Shown: piece after piece, positions 1 to 9,501 of the stretch
Numbering within the stretch: position 1 is the first letter of the stretch
Layout: each line of letters starts with the position of its first letter
NCBI GenBank assembly: GCA_943355005.1
Contig: CALRDV010000007.1
Coordinates: forward strand, 1-61,799
Source of the DNA: Patescibacteria group bacterium
GTDB taxonomy: Bacteria > Patescibacteriota > Microgenomatia > UBA1400 > MFAQ01
Reading direction: 5' to 3'
Length of the DNA: 61,799 nucleotides
Position numbers and translations under genes: made by a program
Notes under the pieces: generated by a model
Seen by the model: the letters and a program-made list of their open reading frames with translations, nothing else
Told to the model about the DNA's origin: nothing
Database searches by the model: none

Positions 1-129
1 TGTAAACAAAGCCTGATCTGTCCCAGTCTCATTAAATATTGCCAGCGCTTTCCCTGTCACCGCTCCACTCAGATGTAGTTTACTCGTCGGCGCCGTCGTC
101 CCAATCCCGACATTGCCGGTAGCTCCATC
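1..129. repeat. Intragenic module repeat A, copy 3 (identical to 1555..1683)
   Basis: 129 bp exact match to 1555..1683; encodes GNVGIGTTAPTSKLHLSGAVTGKALAIFNETGTDQALFT. Confidence 0.95.
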
Positions 130-3100
130 AATTCTCAATCTTTCGGATGGTCCGGCGGAAAAAAGAATACTACCTGTAGTCGGACCAGAAGTTAAACTTA
201 AATTAGCACTATTGGAAAAATATCCAGCAGTTATGCCATAAGCTGCCAAACCGTAGGCATTATCTTGTCGAATTATTCCTGTGACATGAAGGCTAGTACT
301 TGGATTTGTAATTCCAATCCCCACATTACCGGAATGGTCGATGATAAATTTGGAAACTCCGGATGCCGATGCTGTAAACAAAGCCTGATCTGTCCCCGTC
401 TCATCAAATATTGCCAGTGCTTTCCCTGTCACCGCTCCACTCAGATGTAGCTTACTCGTCGGCACCGTCGTCCCAATGCCGACATTACCGTTTATATCAA
501 TTACTAACTTGCTAATATTATCGACTTTTATATTCATCAAATTACCTGATGATTTAGATGTTCCTAATAGTGTAAGCATTTCTGTAGTGTCAGTAAAGCC
601 TGTTGAAGGAGTGACGACGTGCTCTAATTTGAGCACTGAACCGCTGATGGTATAACCTGTTGGGTTTGCGGATAAAGAATCAAGTTTTTTAATATACATT
701 GTGTCGTTAGTATCAGAATTGTCATTTTGACCATTAAGTAGATTATGAAGAAAGTAAAAATTGGCATAACCTCCAGTGTTATAATACTGAGGATTGTGTT
801 GAAAGTAATATGGATATTCTGCAGTTTGTGAGTTGCCAGCATAAGTAAATGATCCGTATTGAGAAATAGTTTGTCTGGCACTTCCTGCTGTGGATAAAGC
901 GAAACTGTTGGTGCCAACACGATACACACCGTTATCAGGATCTGATGAAAATGAAATTGATGGGGTTGAAGCGTTACCATCACCCATCAAAGTAGTTAAT
1001 CCTTTTACTGTCCCATTTATTTCAAGGGCAGTGCTTGGATTTGTTGTACCAATTCCCACAAACCCATTGGCTGCAATATTTAAGATCGATGTACCCGATG
1101 ATGACGCCACATTAAATGGCGAAAGGCCAGCAGATCCAAGAATATCAAGTTTGTAGCCAGGAGCAGTGTTTCCTATACCCACCAAACCATTTGGATCCAC
1201 CCTCATCCTTTCAACACCATCAGTTACAGTCACTATTGTATTAGCATTTAGTCCTGTATCAAAAAAGCCGGTATTTGAATCTCCATTAAAAGCTATTGCC
1301 GGAGCACTTATCGAACCATAAGCATAAGCTCTAATTTGATTATTCATCGTAAATAAACCATTAACTGTAAAACTATCATCTGTCCTTAAAGAATCAGCAG
1401 CACCTCTGTAAATATTAGTGTCTCCACCAAAATCAATTCCATCGGCAGCAGTTGTTCCGGCAACAAAGCTTAATTTTGCCCCCGGACTCGTCGTCCCAAT
1501 CCCCACATTACCGGAATGGTCGATGATAAATTTGGAAACTCCGGATGCCGATGCTGTAAACAAAGCCTGATCTGTCCCAGTCTCATTAAATATTGCCAGC
1601 GCTTTCCCTGTCACCGCTCCACTCAGATGTAGTTTACTCGTCGGCGCCGTCGTCCCAATCCCGACATTGCCGGTAGCTCCATCTAAACGCATTTGGGAAA
1701 CTGAGTTCTTTGTAAAATCTATATAACTTCCTGCTTGTTCTAGGTTGATACCCACATAACTTCCACCACCAATTTTTGTTCCAGTCGCATCAAAAGTTAC
1801 TCCACCCGAACCGTTGGAAGTACCGTAAATTTTACTCCCACCGGAAAGTAATATATTGCCTGTAACTTCTAATTTTTGACTCGGGTTCGTCGTCCCAATC
1901 CCCACATTCCCATTCGCGGCAACATTAAAAATTGAAGTCCCCGATGACGATGCCACATTAAATGGCGAAAGGCCAGCAGACCCCAATACATCCAGTTTTG
2001 ATGCAGGGTTGGTTACCCCTATCCCCACGTTTCCATTTACACCAGGCATCAATGAAAGATGCCTATTCGCGGCTGTCGATATACGCTTCACACCAGCAGT
2101 GGCATCAACCGTACCAGTAAGATAAATATCACCGTAATACCCATCTATATAGCCTCCGTTACCCAATTTAAATAGTCCATTTGAAGTGTCTACAATAAAA
2201 CCCGTCCCCCCGGTCCCAAAAAGAGTATTAGTTGTTGAACTCCCTGCCACATGCAAAGTCCCCCCAGGACTCGTCGTCCCAATCCCAACAAAACCACTAT
2301 TTAAGATTCTCATTGCTTCTGTTGCTCCATTATTTCCAACTTGAAAAATAATATCTGCTCCTGTTGTACCTACACCACTAGTTGATTTAAGAATTAGTTG
2401 ACTTGTTGTTTTTGCTCCACCAAAAACAGTTACATAGTTAGTTGCTGCTCCACCACCCACATATGGGGCAGTTTGACCCATGGTGAGCCCTCCAGTATTT
2501 AGAGTAGATCCTCCAAACGCATATGAAATTGATCCTTGTGAATTAACAGTAAAGACGTCTAAACCACCAGCTTTTATAACAAATGGCGAGCTTGGGGTTG
2601 TCGTCCCAATTCCCACGTTCCCAGCAAAGTATCCATTCCCAGAGGTATCCACCGAAGATACCATTGTTCCACTATGTCCATAAATATTGAGTGGATTATC
2701 CGTCGCCGGAGCAGATGTGAGTGAGTTGTATCCCAGTACCATATCACCATCTTCATCAATGAGTGCTCTCTGATATCCGGCAATACCCAAACCCAGCAAT
2801 TGACCATTAGCAACAGAAGTCGTCGGATTTATCAGCACACTAGCATCAGTCAATAGCGTATTAGTTGGTGGATATGAGAAAGTTGTCTGTCCGGAAAACC
2901 CTTGCGACGAGTTCGAATTAATCGTTCCCACCCACAAATTATTAAACCTGTGACCACTCGACCCCAAGTCGGATCCCAAATCTGTATCAGGCAATATCGA
3001 TTTCCCGTTGGTTACCGTAGCATTACCAAAGGTGATTGTGTCCAAAACAACTGAGTCAGTTGTTGTGGTTAGCCCCACACTTGTCCCCGTTCTGGTCCAA

Positions 3101-3639
3101 CCTCCTTGGGTATAGTCGGGAGTAAAGGAATACGTATTGGAAATTTTGTTACCGTCGACACTAATTCCATTCCCCGCCTCCAAACTCCTTATCCCCGTAT
3201 TTATTATTTTCAGTCCATCCAGAGATATTCCGTCCCCTGCTGTCATCGTCACTTTTCCGACCAAGCCATTTAGTGATAGTACGCCGGCATTCGAGATTGT
3301 GGGTATCTGACCATTTGTTATATCTATTCCTATTCCGGCAGTTACACTGTAGACCACATTTGGCGCCACAATATCCCCAATAAATTCAACCGTGTCATAG
3401 AACTTAGACTTTCCTTTGAAGTTTGCGGGAACATTGATACTGAATACAAAATCTTTTGAAGGGGTTGTGGCAGCCAACACCATTCCGGAATTACCATTTT
3501 TTTGGTTGGTTGTGGTACCAAGAACCTTACTTTGTTTCTCCAGTACAGACGCTCTTACGACATTTGCCGAGATGAATACACCAAGTAACAGCAACGGCAA
3601 AGACAACCAAGATGGAAGTTTTACAAACAATCTATTCAT
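1..3639 (-). CDS. Giant secreted/surface protein with GNVGIGTT repeats (tail-fibre/adhesin-like), 3'-truncated by the window edge (>1213 aa)
   Basis: Manual translation from ATG at 3639 (MNRLFVKLPSWLSLPLLLLGVFISANVVRAS..., signal-peptide-like). The same frame was spot-checked at 2608, 2281, 1555, 373 and 1, and carries about 11 G(N/F/L)VGIG(T/N/V/I)T-type motifs. It is absent from the ORF track, consistent with no stop inside the window. Confidence 0.85.
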   Translation of the reverse strand, partial: MNRLFVKLPSWLSLPLLLLGVFISANVVRASVLEKQSKVLGTTTNQKNGNSGMVLAATTPSKDFVFSINVPANFKGKSKFYDTVEFIGDIVAPNVVYSVTAGIGIDITNGQIPTISNAGVLSLNGLVGKVTMTAGDGISLDGLKIINTGIRSLEAGNGISVDGNKISNTYSFTPDYTQGGWTRTGTSVGLTTTTDSVVLDTITFGNATVTNGKSILPDTDLGSDLGSSGHRFNNLWVGTINSNSSQGFSGQTTFSYPPTNTLLTDASVLINPTTSVANGQLLGLGIAGYQRALIDEDGDMVLGYNSLTSAPATDNPLNIYGHSGTMVSSVDTSGNGYFAGNVGIGTTTPSSPFVIKAGGLDVFTVNSQGSISYAFGGSTLNTGGLTMGQTAPYVGGGAATNYVTVFGGAKTTSQLILKSTSGVGTTGADIIFQVGNNGATEAMRILNSGFVGIGTTSPGGTLHVAGSSTTNTLFGTGGTGFIVDTSNGLFKLGNGGYIDGYYGDIYLTGTVDATAGVKRISTAANRHLSLMPGVNGNVGIGVTNPASKLDVLGSAGLSPFNVASSSGTSIFNVAANGNVGIGTTNPSQKLEVTGNILLSGGSKIYGTSNGSGGVTFDATGTKIGGGSYVGINLEQAGSYIDFTKNSVSQMRLDGATGNVGIGTTAPTSKLHLSGAVTGKALAIFNETGTDQALFTASASGVSKFIIDHSGNVGIGTTSPGAKLSFVAGTTAADGIDFGGDTNIYRGAADSLRTDDSFTVNGLFTMNNQIRAYAYGSISAPAIAFNGDSNTGFFDTGLNANTIVTVTDGVERMRVDPNGLVGIGNTAPGYKLDILGSAGLSPFNVASSSGTSILNIAANGFVGIGTTNPSTALEINGTVKGLTTLMGDGNASTPSISFSSDPDNGVYRVGTNSFALSTAGSARQTISQYGSFTYAGNSQTAEYPYYFQHNPQYYNTGGYANFYFLHNLLNGQNDNSDTNDTMYIKKLDSLSANPTGYTISGSVLKLEHVVTPSTGFTDTTEMLTLLGTSKSSGNLMNIKVDNISKLVIDINGNVGIGTTVPTSKLHLSGAVTGKALAIFDETGTDQALFTASASGVSKFIIDHSGNVGIGITNPSTSLHVTGIIRQDNAYGLAAYGITAGYFSNSANLSLTSGPTTGSILFSAGPSERLRIDGATGNVGIGTTAPTSKLHLSGAVTGKALAIFNETGTDQALFT
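314..490. repeat. Intragenic module repeat A, copy 2
   Basis: Matches 1496..1672 with about 7 substitutions, mostly synonymous. Confidence 0.9.
1055..1152. repeat. Intragenic module repeat B (partner at about 1895..1998)
   Basis: Shared gccacattaaatggcgaaaggccagcaga; both encode LD(I/V)LGSAGLSPFNVASSSGTSI. Confidence 0.8.
1496..1683. repeat. Intragenic module repeat A, copy 1
   Basis: Matches 314..490 and 1..129. Confidence 0.9.
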
Positions 3640-3781
3640 GGAGAATGCTTAAAATTATCCATGCTAAACTCAAACACAAAACCGAAAACATCAGCTACCA
3701 CCACAAACACAGGTTGTGACATAACATTCAGTATATAGAAAAACAACTATAAAATACAGCAGGAAGTGAATTATTTTTCCC

Positions 3782-4528
3782 CTATTTTGTCGGTGTTGGA
3801 GTGATCTCTGTGGTCGGTGAAACTGATGGAGTTACACTTGGTGTGGCAGGTGCAACCTCGGAGATTTTCAAATTTGCTCCCACAATCACGAGCAAATCGA
3901 TAGTTTGATCTTTTACGGTAGGGAGAATTTCTCCTGCCGGCAAAGTCGACACTTCTCCTCCGATTAAGCTCGCCATCTGTTTCGCCAGCTCTGCCTTCTT
4001 ACCGGTCACATCAATCACTACACTTTTTGCATAATCGGTTTTCTTCGCTGTGTCTTCACCTAGTACAGTTACATTGGTAGCCTGGGCCTTAAGAGCGGCC
4101 GAAAAAGTTTTTGCCAGCCCCGCTGTAGAAGTACCATTGAGTACATATACATTTACCATACCTTGGGACTCTCCCAAATTAATTGGAGCAATATCAATTA
4201 TCCTTCCGGTTGAAGGACGATACAAAATTGCCTTGCCGGATTTGGTGTAGATGATCACTTTGTCGCCATTCTCGGCTTTAGCAAAGAAAGGCTGATCTTT
4301 TAATTTCTCCTTGTCCAACACTGTCGCCAAAGTCGGCTCTTCATCGGTCGGCAGATCCATGAACTTTGACAACGCTTTAGCAATTGCTTTAATTTCTTCT
4401 TTAGAAGCACCGGTAGGATCCTTTAACATTTTTTGTGCAATTTGATTTTGATTATAAAAATAAGCCGCACTACCCACAGATCCAAGGACAATCACGAGCA
4501 CCAGCAAGAACAAAATTACTTTTTTCAT
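3782..4528 (-). CDS. Membrane-anchored protein with LytR C-terminal (LytR_C) domain and Pro/Thr tail
   Basis: N-terminal TM helix; VYVLNGTSTAGLA and IDLLVIVG motifs typical of LytR_C. Confidence 0.75.
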   Translation of the reverse strand: MKKVILFLLVLVIVLGSVGSAAYFYNQNQIAQKMLKDPTGASKEEIKAIAKALSKFMDLPTDEEPTLATVLDKEKLKDQPFFAKAENGDKVIIYTKSGKAILYRPSTGRIIDIAPINLGESQGMVNVYVLNGTSTAGLAKTFSAALKAQATNVTVLGEDTAKKTDYAKSVVIDVTGKKAELAKQMASLIGGEVSTLPAGEILPTVKDQTIDLLVIVGANLKISEVAPATPSVTPSVSPTTEITPTPTK

Positions 4529-4624
4529 AGTTACTGCTCATTCTAGTACACTTTTTCATAAAGACAAGTATGGCCTAGCATGAGCACATAAAAAGGATCA
4601 ATCAGTCCTTTTCTTTACAAAAAA

Positions 4625-4644
4625 GCCTCCGGTATCCCGGAGGC
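4625..4644 (-). terminator. Intrinsic terminator after 4654..5121
   Basis: gcctccgg-tatc-ccggaggc hairpin preceded by an A-run on + (U-tract on -). Confidence 0.6.
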
Positions 4645-4653
4645 ATATATCAA

Positions 4654-5121
4654 TCACGACTCTCTATAAAGCTTGTATCCTTGCCTATCTTCGACCCACT
4701 CATCTGTACTGTTGGGTCCCTTGCGACAGCCATCGACAATTGGCACCAAACCACTTCTGGCAACTTCAAGAGCTTCCTCTTCACTTATTTGGACATTCAA
4801 TCCACAATTAAAGCTTTCGCACTGACAAACAATGCACGGTACGTTCCCGGTCTCATCCGGCAAATTTACCATCACTCTTTCGATTAACATGGATATCGGA
4901 TTCGGCCCAATGTACCAATTTATTTCAGGATTGTGAGTTCTTAAAAACTCAATATCCGACAGTTCCTGACAAACATACAGCGTTTCCACACCCTGGCTTT
5001 TAACACCGGCAATTAGTACTTGTGGCAATTCCACAGGAAATACATCAAGAGTCTGCTCCAGAAGAAAATCCGTCATCGACAAGGATCCAATCCAATCCAT
5101 TTTCAATCCGAGTGTATACAT
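4654..5121 (-). CDS. Hypothetical protein (Cys-containing)
   Basis: 155 aa ORF with SD-like aaaggcgg upstream and a terminator downstream; CxxCxC motif. Confidence 0.55.
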   Translation of the reverse strand: MYTLGLKMDWIGSLSMTDFLLEQTLDVFPVELPQVLIAGVKSQGVETLYVCQELSDIEFLRTHNPEINWYIGPNPISMLIERVMVNLPDETGNVPCIVCQCESFNCGLNVQISEEEALEVARSGLVPIVDGCRKGPNSTDEWVEDRQGYKLYRES

Positions 5122-5179
5122 CTTTACCGCCTTTCAAATTTAAAGTTCTAGGATATTATACCTCAACCAAAACTACCCC

Positions 5180-5208
5180 TTGACACCCCTTTGGATAAAG
5201 TATATAAA
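5180..5208 (+). promoter_or_regulatory. sigma70 promoter driving a candidate sRNA
   Basis: TTGACA (5180-5185), 17 bp spacer, TATAAA (5203-5208). Confidence 0.65.
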
Positions 5209-5214
5209 TATAAA

Positions 5215-5296
5215 CAGACAAGACGCAAGTTTTGTTTAGAAATACTAGCAATAGTAAATCTGTGAAAAGACACCGCAAGGTGTCCTTTTCATTTTT
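5215..5296 (+). ncRNA. Candidate small structured RNA of three consecutive GCAA-tetraloop hairpins
   Basis: agacaagac-GCAA-gttttgttt; aga-aa-tacta-GCAA-tagta-aa-tct; tgaaaagacacc-GCAA-ggtgtccttttca followed by a T-run; lies directly after a consensus promoter. Confidence 0.55.
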
Positions 5297-5302
5297 AGAC
5301 CA

Positions 5303-5881
5303 TCAGACATCTCCTTCATCAAACAATCCATTCGCATCCTTATACTCCCAAACCATAGATTCCGACATTGTGCTAGGTGGAGTCTGGAGGTTTATCACGA
5401 CAGGGAACATGGGTTTCAGGGAATCGATCTGATTTTCTATTCCCCCACCCACGACAATCACCACAACCCCTTTTAAGTTGAACTTTTTGACTATTTTTAG
5501 AAAATCTTCCAAGCCTCCAAGATCGTCTATCTCATCCCCAATTTCATCAATTACCAATACTGCGGACTTCAAGCCTTCAATATAGCTCAGTTCTTTTTCG
5601 GACGTCGAACCTCCTTCAATAAAATCTTTAGCATGCACGTAGGCACAACTTACGATTTCACCATCCCAAATCTTACCTGCGTCTGCCATATTTGAAATCT
5701 CATCTGCCAACATAGTTTTCCCTGTAAAAAACCTTCCGGTAATTAGTACATTCTCATTTTTTCTCAACGCTTCCGAGATAATTGCGATTTCCTTGGGTCG
5801 ACTAAACTGAATCATCTCAGAAAGTGACATTTGTTTTTGTTTTTCATTTCCCATAGCCACCATTATCTCACTCCTTGACAC
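5303..5881 (-). CDS. Small P-loop ATPase (AAA-like); true start possibly 5854
   Basis: Walker A GRFFTGKT, Walker B VLVIDE. Confidence 0.65.
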   Translation of the reverse strand: MSRSEIMVAMGNEKQKQMSLSEMIQFSRPKEIAIISEALRKNENVLITGRFFTGKTMLADEISNMADAGKIWDGEIVSCAYVHAKDFIEGGSTSEKELSYIEGLKSAVLVIDEIGDEIDDLGGLEDFLKIVKKFNLKGVVVIVVGGGIENQIDSLKPMFPVVINLQTPPSTMSESMVWEYKDANGLFDEGDV

Positions 5882-5918
5882 TAATCTATAATTAGTATAT
5901 ATTCGAATAATCGAATAT
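5875..5918 (+). promoter_or_regulatory. Promoter with overlapping ArsR/SmtB-type operator palindrome
   Basis: TTGACA 5875, 17 bp spacer, TATATT 5898; inverted repeat atattcga-ataa-tcgaatat (5899..5918) over the -10 box and start codon. Confidence 0.7.
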
Positions 5919-6441
5919 GTACCAACAAATCTTTGAACTCCACACAGACATCCTCAAAGCCCTGTCTCACCCCAAGAGGCTAGAAATCATCCACCTTCTC
6001 CGAGATCAATCACTTTCGGTTCGTCAGATTCAGGATATGCTTGGCCTGCCTCAAGCCAATCTTAGTCAGCACCTTCAGATTCTCAGAGAGAACCAGGTAG
6101 TGATCACTTCCAAGAAAGGCAAACAAATCTTCTACAAAGTATCAAACCCCAAACTTCTGAAAGCCTGTGATCTCATCCGGGAAGTCCTTTTGGATAGATA
6201 CGAAAATTCGAATATGAAAGATGATCTTGGCAAAGACCTGTCAGACCTCCTTCCTGTCGGCATAGACCCTATTTGTGGCATGAAATTAACTCCGGAAACT
6301 GCAGCCTACGCCTTCGAGTTCCAGAATACCACTCACTACTTCTGCGCCTCAGGTTGTCTCGAAAAATACAAATCCTCTCGTCATTGCGAGGAGCAAGGCG
6401 ACGTGGCAATCCAGGAGCAATCCTTGTCATGCCGGACCTGA
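5917..6441 (+). CDS. ArsR/SmtB metalloregulator fused to a YHS domain
   Basis: KALSHPKRLEI...SQHL HTH; DPICGM...HYFCASGC YHS motif; the C-terminal tail RHCEEQGDVAIQ is repeat-derived. Confidence 0.9.
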   Translation: MYQQIFELHTDILKALSHPKRLEIIHLLRDQSLSVRQIQDMLGLPQANLSQHLQILRENQVVITSKKGKQIFYKVSNPKLLKACDLIREVLLDRYENSNMKDDLGKDLSDLLPVGIDPICGMKLTPETAAYAFEFQNTTHYFCASGCLEKYKSSRHCEEQGDVAIQEQSLSCRT

Positions 6442-6500
6442 TCCGGCATCTATAAACATTGAATAATTTATATAGATTCAGGGTCAAGCCCGGAATGACA
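6379..6500. repeat. Cluster of CGTC/TGTC-type palindromic REP-like repeats (6379-6412; inverted pair 6425-6450 and 6475-6500)
   Basis: cgtcattgcgag...gcaatcc; tgtcatgccggacctgatccggcatc; gattcagggtcaagcccggaatgaca. Confidence 0.8.
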
Positions 6501-6540
6501 ACAAAAAAGTAATAAAAAAATTAATAATCAAAACTAAAAA

Positions 6541-7101
6541 ATGTCCAAACCACTCACCTTTTCCATAGTCGTCGTTACTTTCATTCTCGGTATGGGTACG
6601 GGGTTTATTCTTTCCCCTGAATATGCCGTCAGAATGTCGGACAAGAAATCAGCAATGGTCGAACTTGGTCGGGCTGACAAGTTTATTGATCTCCGTTACA
6701 TCGATGGCGTCATTGCTCACCATTTAAACGCCATCTACATGGCCAAACAAGCCGAAACCAATTCTCAGAGAAAAGAAATCAAAGAGTTAGCCAAAGAAAT
6801 TATCGCTGTCGACACCAAAAGTATCGAAGAGCTATATGGCTGGAAAAAATCCTTGTTCAACAACACTAAACAAATCACCCAATACGAAAAAATCAATCTG
6901 GGCATATACGACGAAAAGTTTGACCTCCGCTTCCTGAATGCTCTCATCGCCCATCACGAAGAAGCGATCAAAACCGCCAAAGAAATCAGAACTAAATCTC
7001 AGAGAAATGAGATACTAAATTTAGCTGACACCATCATCAAAAATCTTTCCTCCGGAGTCACCACATTATCTGGCTGGAGAACCAATTGGTACAAGATTTA
7101 A
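6541..7101 (+). CDS. DUF305 (CopM-like) ferritin-like protein
   Basis: Two D.R(Y/F)...IAHH..AI repeats and an N-terminal TM helix; copper-cluster context. Confidence 0.85.
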   Translation: MSKPLTFSIVVVTFILGMGTGFILSPEYAVRMSDKKSAMVELGRADKFIDLRYIDGVIAHHLNAIYMAKQAETNSQRKEIKELAKEIIAVDTKSIEELYGWKKSLFNNTKQITQYEKINLGIYDEKFDLRFLNALIAHHEEAIKTAKEIRTKSQRNEILNLADTIIKNLSSGVTTLSGWRTNWYKI

Positions 7102-7108
7102 ACACAAA

Positions 7109-9352
7109 ATGAAAAACACTTCAGTCACCCTTCCCGTAATCGGCATGGACTGCGCCTCATGTTCAAATATTGTTAACCGTGCCATCAAAAAAACCCCTGG
7201 CGTCACCCAATCCCAAGTAAATCTCGCAACCGAAAAAGCAGAATTTACATACGATCCCTCAATTGTTTCACTCGAACAAATTAATGAGAATGTCAAAAAA
7301 TTTGGATACTCTTTAAATATTGAAGCTAATGCAGATTCAGATTCTAAGCCAACGGACAAAATCACTTTACTGAAGAATCAAGTCGAAGTTCTTTTTCCCC
7401 TCGCCCTTCTTTTTTTCTTCCTGATGATTTACGACGCTTTAAGTCAATATGTTACATCGCTACCACCTTTTCCCTTTCCCATGTCGGTTTTTAACATCAT
7501 CGGTCTAGTTTTGGCTTCCATCACCCTTTTTATCTTTGGTCAGGAATTTTTAAATGCCATTCCTCGCTTTATCCGAACTAGGGTAGCAAACATGGATACC
7601 TTAATTGGTATCGGCTCTCTCACAGCTTATCTGTACTCTTTATTTATTGTTGTCTTCCCATTTGTCTCATCTAGACTTAATCTTCCTGAAACCACCTACT
7701 TCGACGTCGTTATCGTCGTAATTGGTTTTATTAAGTTCGGTAAATATTTAGAGGCCAACTCCAAACAGAAGACCGGCGAAGCTATCAAGAAACTCTTAAA
7801 CCTTTCTGCCAAAGTTGCGCTAGTCGAGAGAAAAGGCAAAGAAATTGAGATCCCCGTTTCGGAAGTAGTTGTTGGAGACATTATTATCGTGAAGCCCGGT
7901 GCCAAAATCCCTGTCGACGGCAAAATCATTGAAGGCAACACTTCCATTGATGAATCTATGATTACGGGCGAACCTATTCCTGTCGACAAAACCATTGGTG
8001 AGCTAGTTACCAGTGGCACTATAAATAAACAAGGCTACATCAAGTTCCGAGCCGAAAAAGTTGGTGCTGATACCTTACTTTCTCAAATCATCAAGATGGT
8101 TGAAACGGCTCAAGGTTCCAAAGCTCCCATTGAGAAGATGGCTGATACAGTCTCCGCCTATTTTGTCCCGACCGTTCTCATTCTTTCAATCCTTTCATTT
8201 ATTATCTGGTTTGCTCTAGGCAATCTCTCACTCGCCATTTCTTCTTTCGTAGGAATTTTAGTTATTGCTTGTCCTTGTGCTTTAGGGCTAGCCACTCCTA
8301 CCGCCATCATTGTCGGCGTCGGCAAAGGCGCCGAGAATGGGATCTTGGTCAAGGACGCCACTGTCTTAGAAAAACTACACGCCATCAACACCGTCGTCTT
8401 CGACAAAACCGGCACCATCACCATGGGCAAACCCCAAGTCTCAGAAGTAATTTCCAAATCCGATCTAAACGAAACCGAAATTATTTCCATCCTCGAATCT
8501 TTAGAAAAACGCTCCAGCCACCCCCTCGCCCAAGCCATCGTCGACTACTATTCGTCATTGCGAGGAGCGGAGCGACGCGGCAATCCAGGCAATGTGCTTC
8601 AACACTTCAAAGAAATCCCCGGTAAAGGTGTCTCGGGTCAAATCAAATCCAAAAAGTATTTAGCCGGCAATCTCACTTTACTCAAAGAATCAAAAATTGA
8701 CTTTGATTCCAAAGAAATTCAGGAATTTACCAAAAAGGGCATGACTCCCGTATTTCTTTTCTCAGAGAAAAAACTCCTTGGTATTGTCGCCATTTCCGAC
8801 ACCATTAAGCCTGAATCCAAACAAGCAATTTCAGATTTACACAGCATGGGAATAAAAACCGTCATGCTTACGGGTGACGATCAGAACGCCGCCGCTTTTA
8901 TCGCCGAGCAGGCCGGAATTGATCGAATCTATGCCCAAGTCTTACCGACCGAGAAAGCTAACATTATTGAAAAATTAAAAGCCGAAGGCAATAAGGTCGT
9001 CATGGTTGGAGATGGTATAAACGATTCCCCCGCCTTGGCCACCGCCGATGTTGGCATTGCCATGAGTACAGGAACCGATGTCGCCATCGAATCTGCAGGC
9101 ATTACATTACTTCATGGAGATATCGCCAAAGTCGCCAAAGCCATCAAGCTTAGCAAAGCCACTATGCGAACCATCAAACAAAATCTTTTCTGGGCTTTCT
9201 TCTACAATGTTATCGGTATCCCTGTCGCCGCCGGCCTTCTTTACCCCCTCTTCGGCATCATTCTAAATCCCGCCATTGCCGGCGCCGCCATGGCCTTCTC
9301 CAGTGTCTCCGTTGTAACCAATTCCCTCAGACTAAAAACATTCAAGTTATAA
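7109..9352 (+). CDS. copA: Cu(I)-translocating P1B-type ATPase
   Basis: GMDCASC HMA domain, TGEP, CPC, DKTGT, HP, GDGIND, YN and MAFSS motifs. Confidence 0.95.
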   Translation: MKNTSVTLPVIGMDCASCSNIVNRAIKKTPGVTQSQVNLATEKAEFTYDPSIVSLEQINENVKKFGYSLNIEANADSDSKPTDKITLLKNQVEVLFPLALLFFFLMIYDALSQYVTSLPPFPFPMSVFNIIGLVLASITLFIFGQEFLNAIPRFIRTRVANMDTLIGIGSLTAYLYSLFIVVFPFVSSRLNLPETTYFDVVIVVIGFIKFGKYLEANSKQKTGEAIKKLLNLSAKVALVERKGKEIEIPVSEVVVGDIIIVKPGAKIPVDGKIIEGNTSIDESMITGEPIPVDKTIGELVTSGTINKQGYIKFRAEKVGADTLLSQIIKMVETAQGSKAPIEKMADTVSAYFVPTVLILSILSFIIWFALGNLSLAISSFVGILVIACPCALGLATPTAIIVGVGKGAENGILVKDATVLEKLHAINTVVFDKTGTITMGKPQVSEVISKSDLNETEIISILESLEKRSSHPLAQAIVDYYSSLRGAERRGNPGNVLQHFKEIPGKGVSGQIKSKKYLAGNLTLLKESKIDFDSKEIQEFTKKGMTPVFLFSEKKLLGIVAISDTIKPESKQAISDLHSMGIKTVMLTGDDQNAAAFIAEQAGIDRIYAQVLPTEKANIIEKLKAEGNKVVMVGDGINDSPALATADVGIAMSTGTDVAIESAGITLLHGDIAKVAKAIKLSKATMRTIKQNLFWAFFYNVIGIPVAAGLLYPLFGIILNPAIAGAAMAFSSVSVVTNSLRLKTFKL
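8553..8589 (+). repeat. CGTC-type REP inserted in frame in copA
   Basis: cgtcattgcgaggagcggagcgacgcggcaatccagg encodes SLRGAERRGNPG. Confidence 0.85.
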
Positions 9353-9387
9353 TAATAATTACCTTAAAAATAGAAATTGTTTAAAAT

Positions 9388-9476
9388 GTGGTACAGAAGT
9401 CTAGCCAACAAATGCGCGCAGGGATGCCCCCGTACTCGGAGCGAGCCGAGCACATTTTTGGCGGGCTTCGAACCAC
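9388..9476 (+). repeat. Long structured hairpin element (GCGCAGG...AGCCGAGC family; homolog inside dus)
   Basis: Nested stems gtggt/accac, gaagtct/gggcttc, gccaa-aaatg/cattt-ttggc around the core gcgcagggatgcccc...agccgagc. Confidence 0.6.
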
Positions 9477-9501
9477 CAAAAACAATTTTCAATTAATCAC
9501 A

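Noticed and set aside
1-1683. Diversity-generating retroelement (TR/VR pair) in the giant gene
   Set aside because: Differences between repeat copies are mostly synonymous and not adenine-specific; no reverse transcriptase in the window
265-3652. Short track ORFs in 265..3652
   Set aside because: Antisense or alternate-frame shadows of the giant - strand ORF
5215-5296. c-di-GMP-I riboswitch (GACGCAA resemblance) or 66 aa ORF 5232..5432
   Set aside because: The P1/GNRA-receptor architecture is absent and there is no downstream sense gene; the ORF overlaps the ATPase antisense and has no SD
9388-9501. N-terminal extension of the TauE/cupredoxin gene
   Set aside because: Derived from a hairpin element; ATG 9502 gives the expected N-terminus
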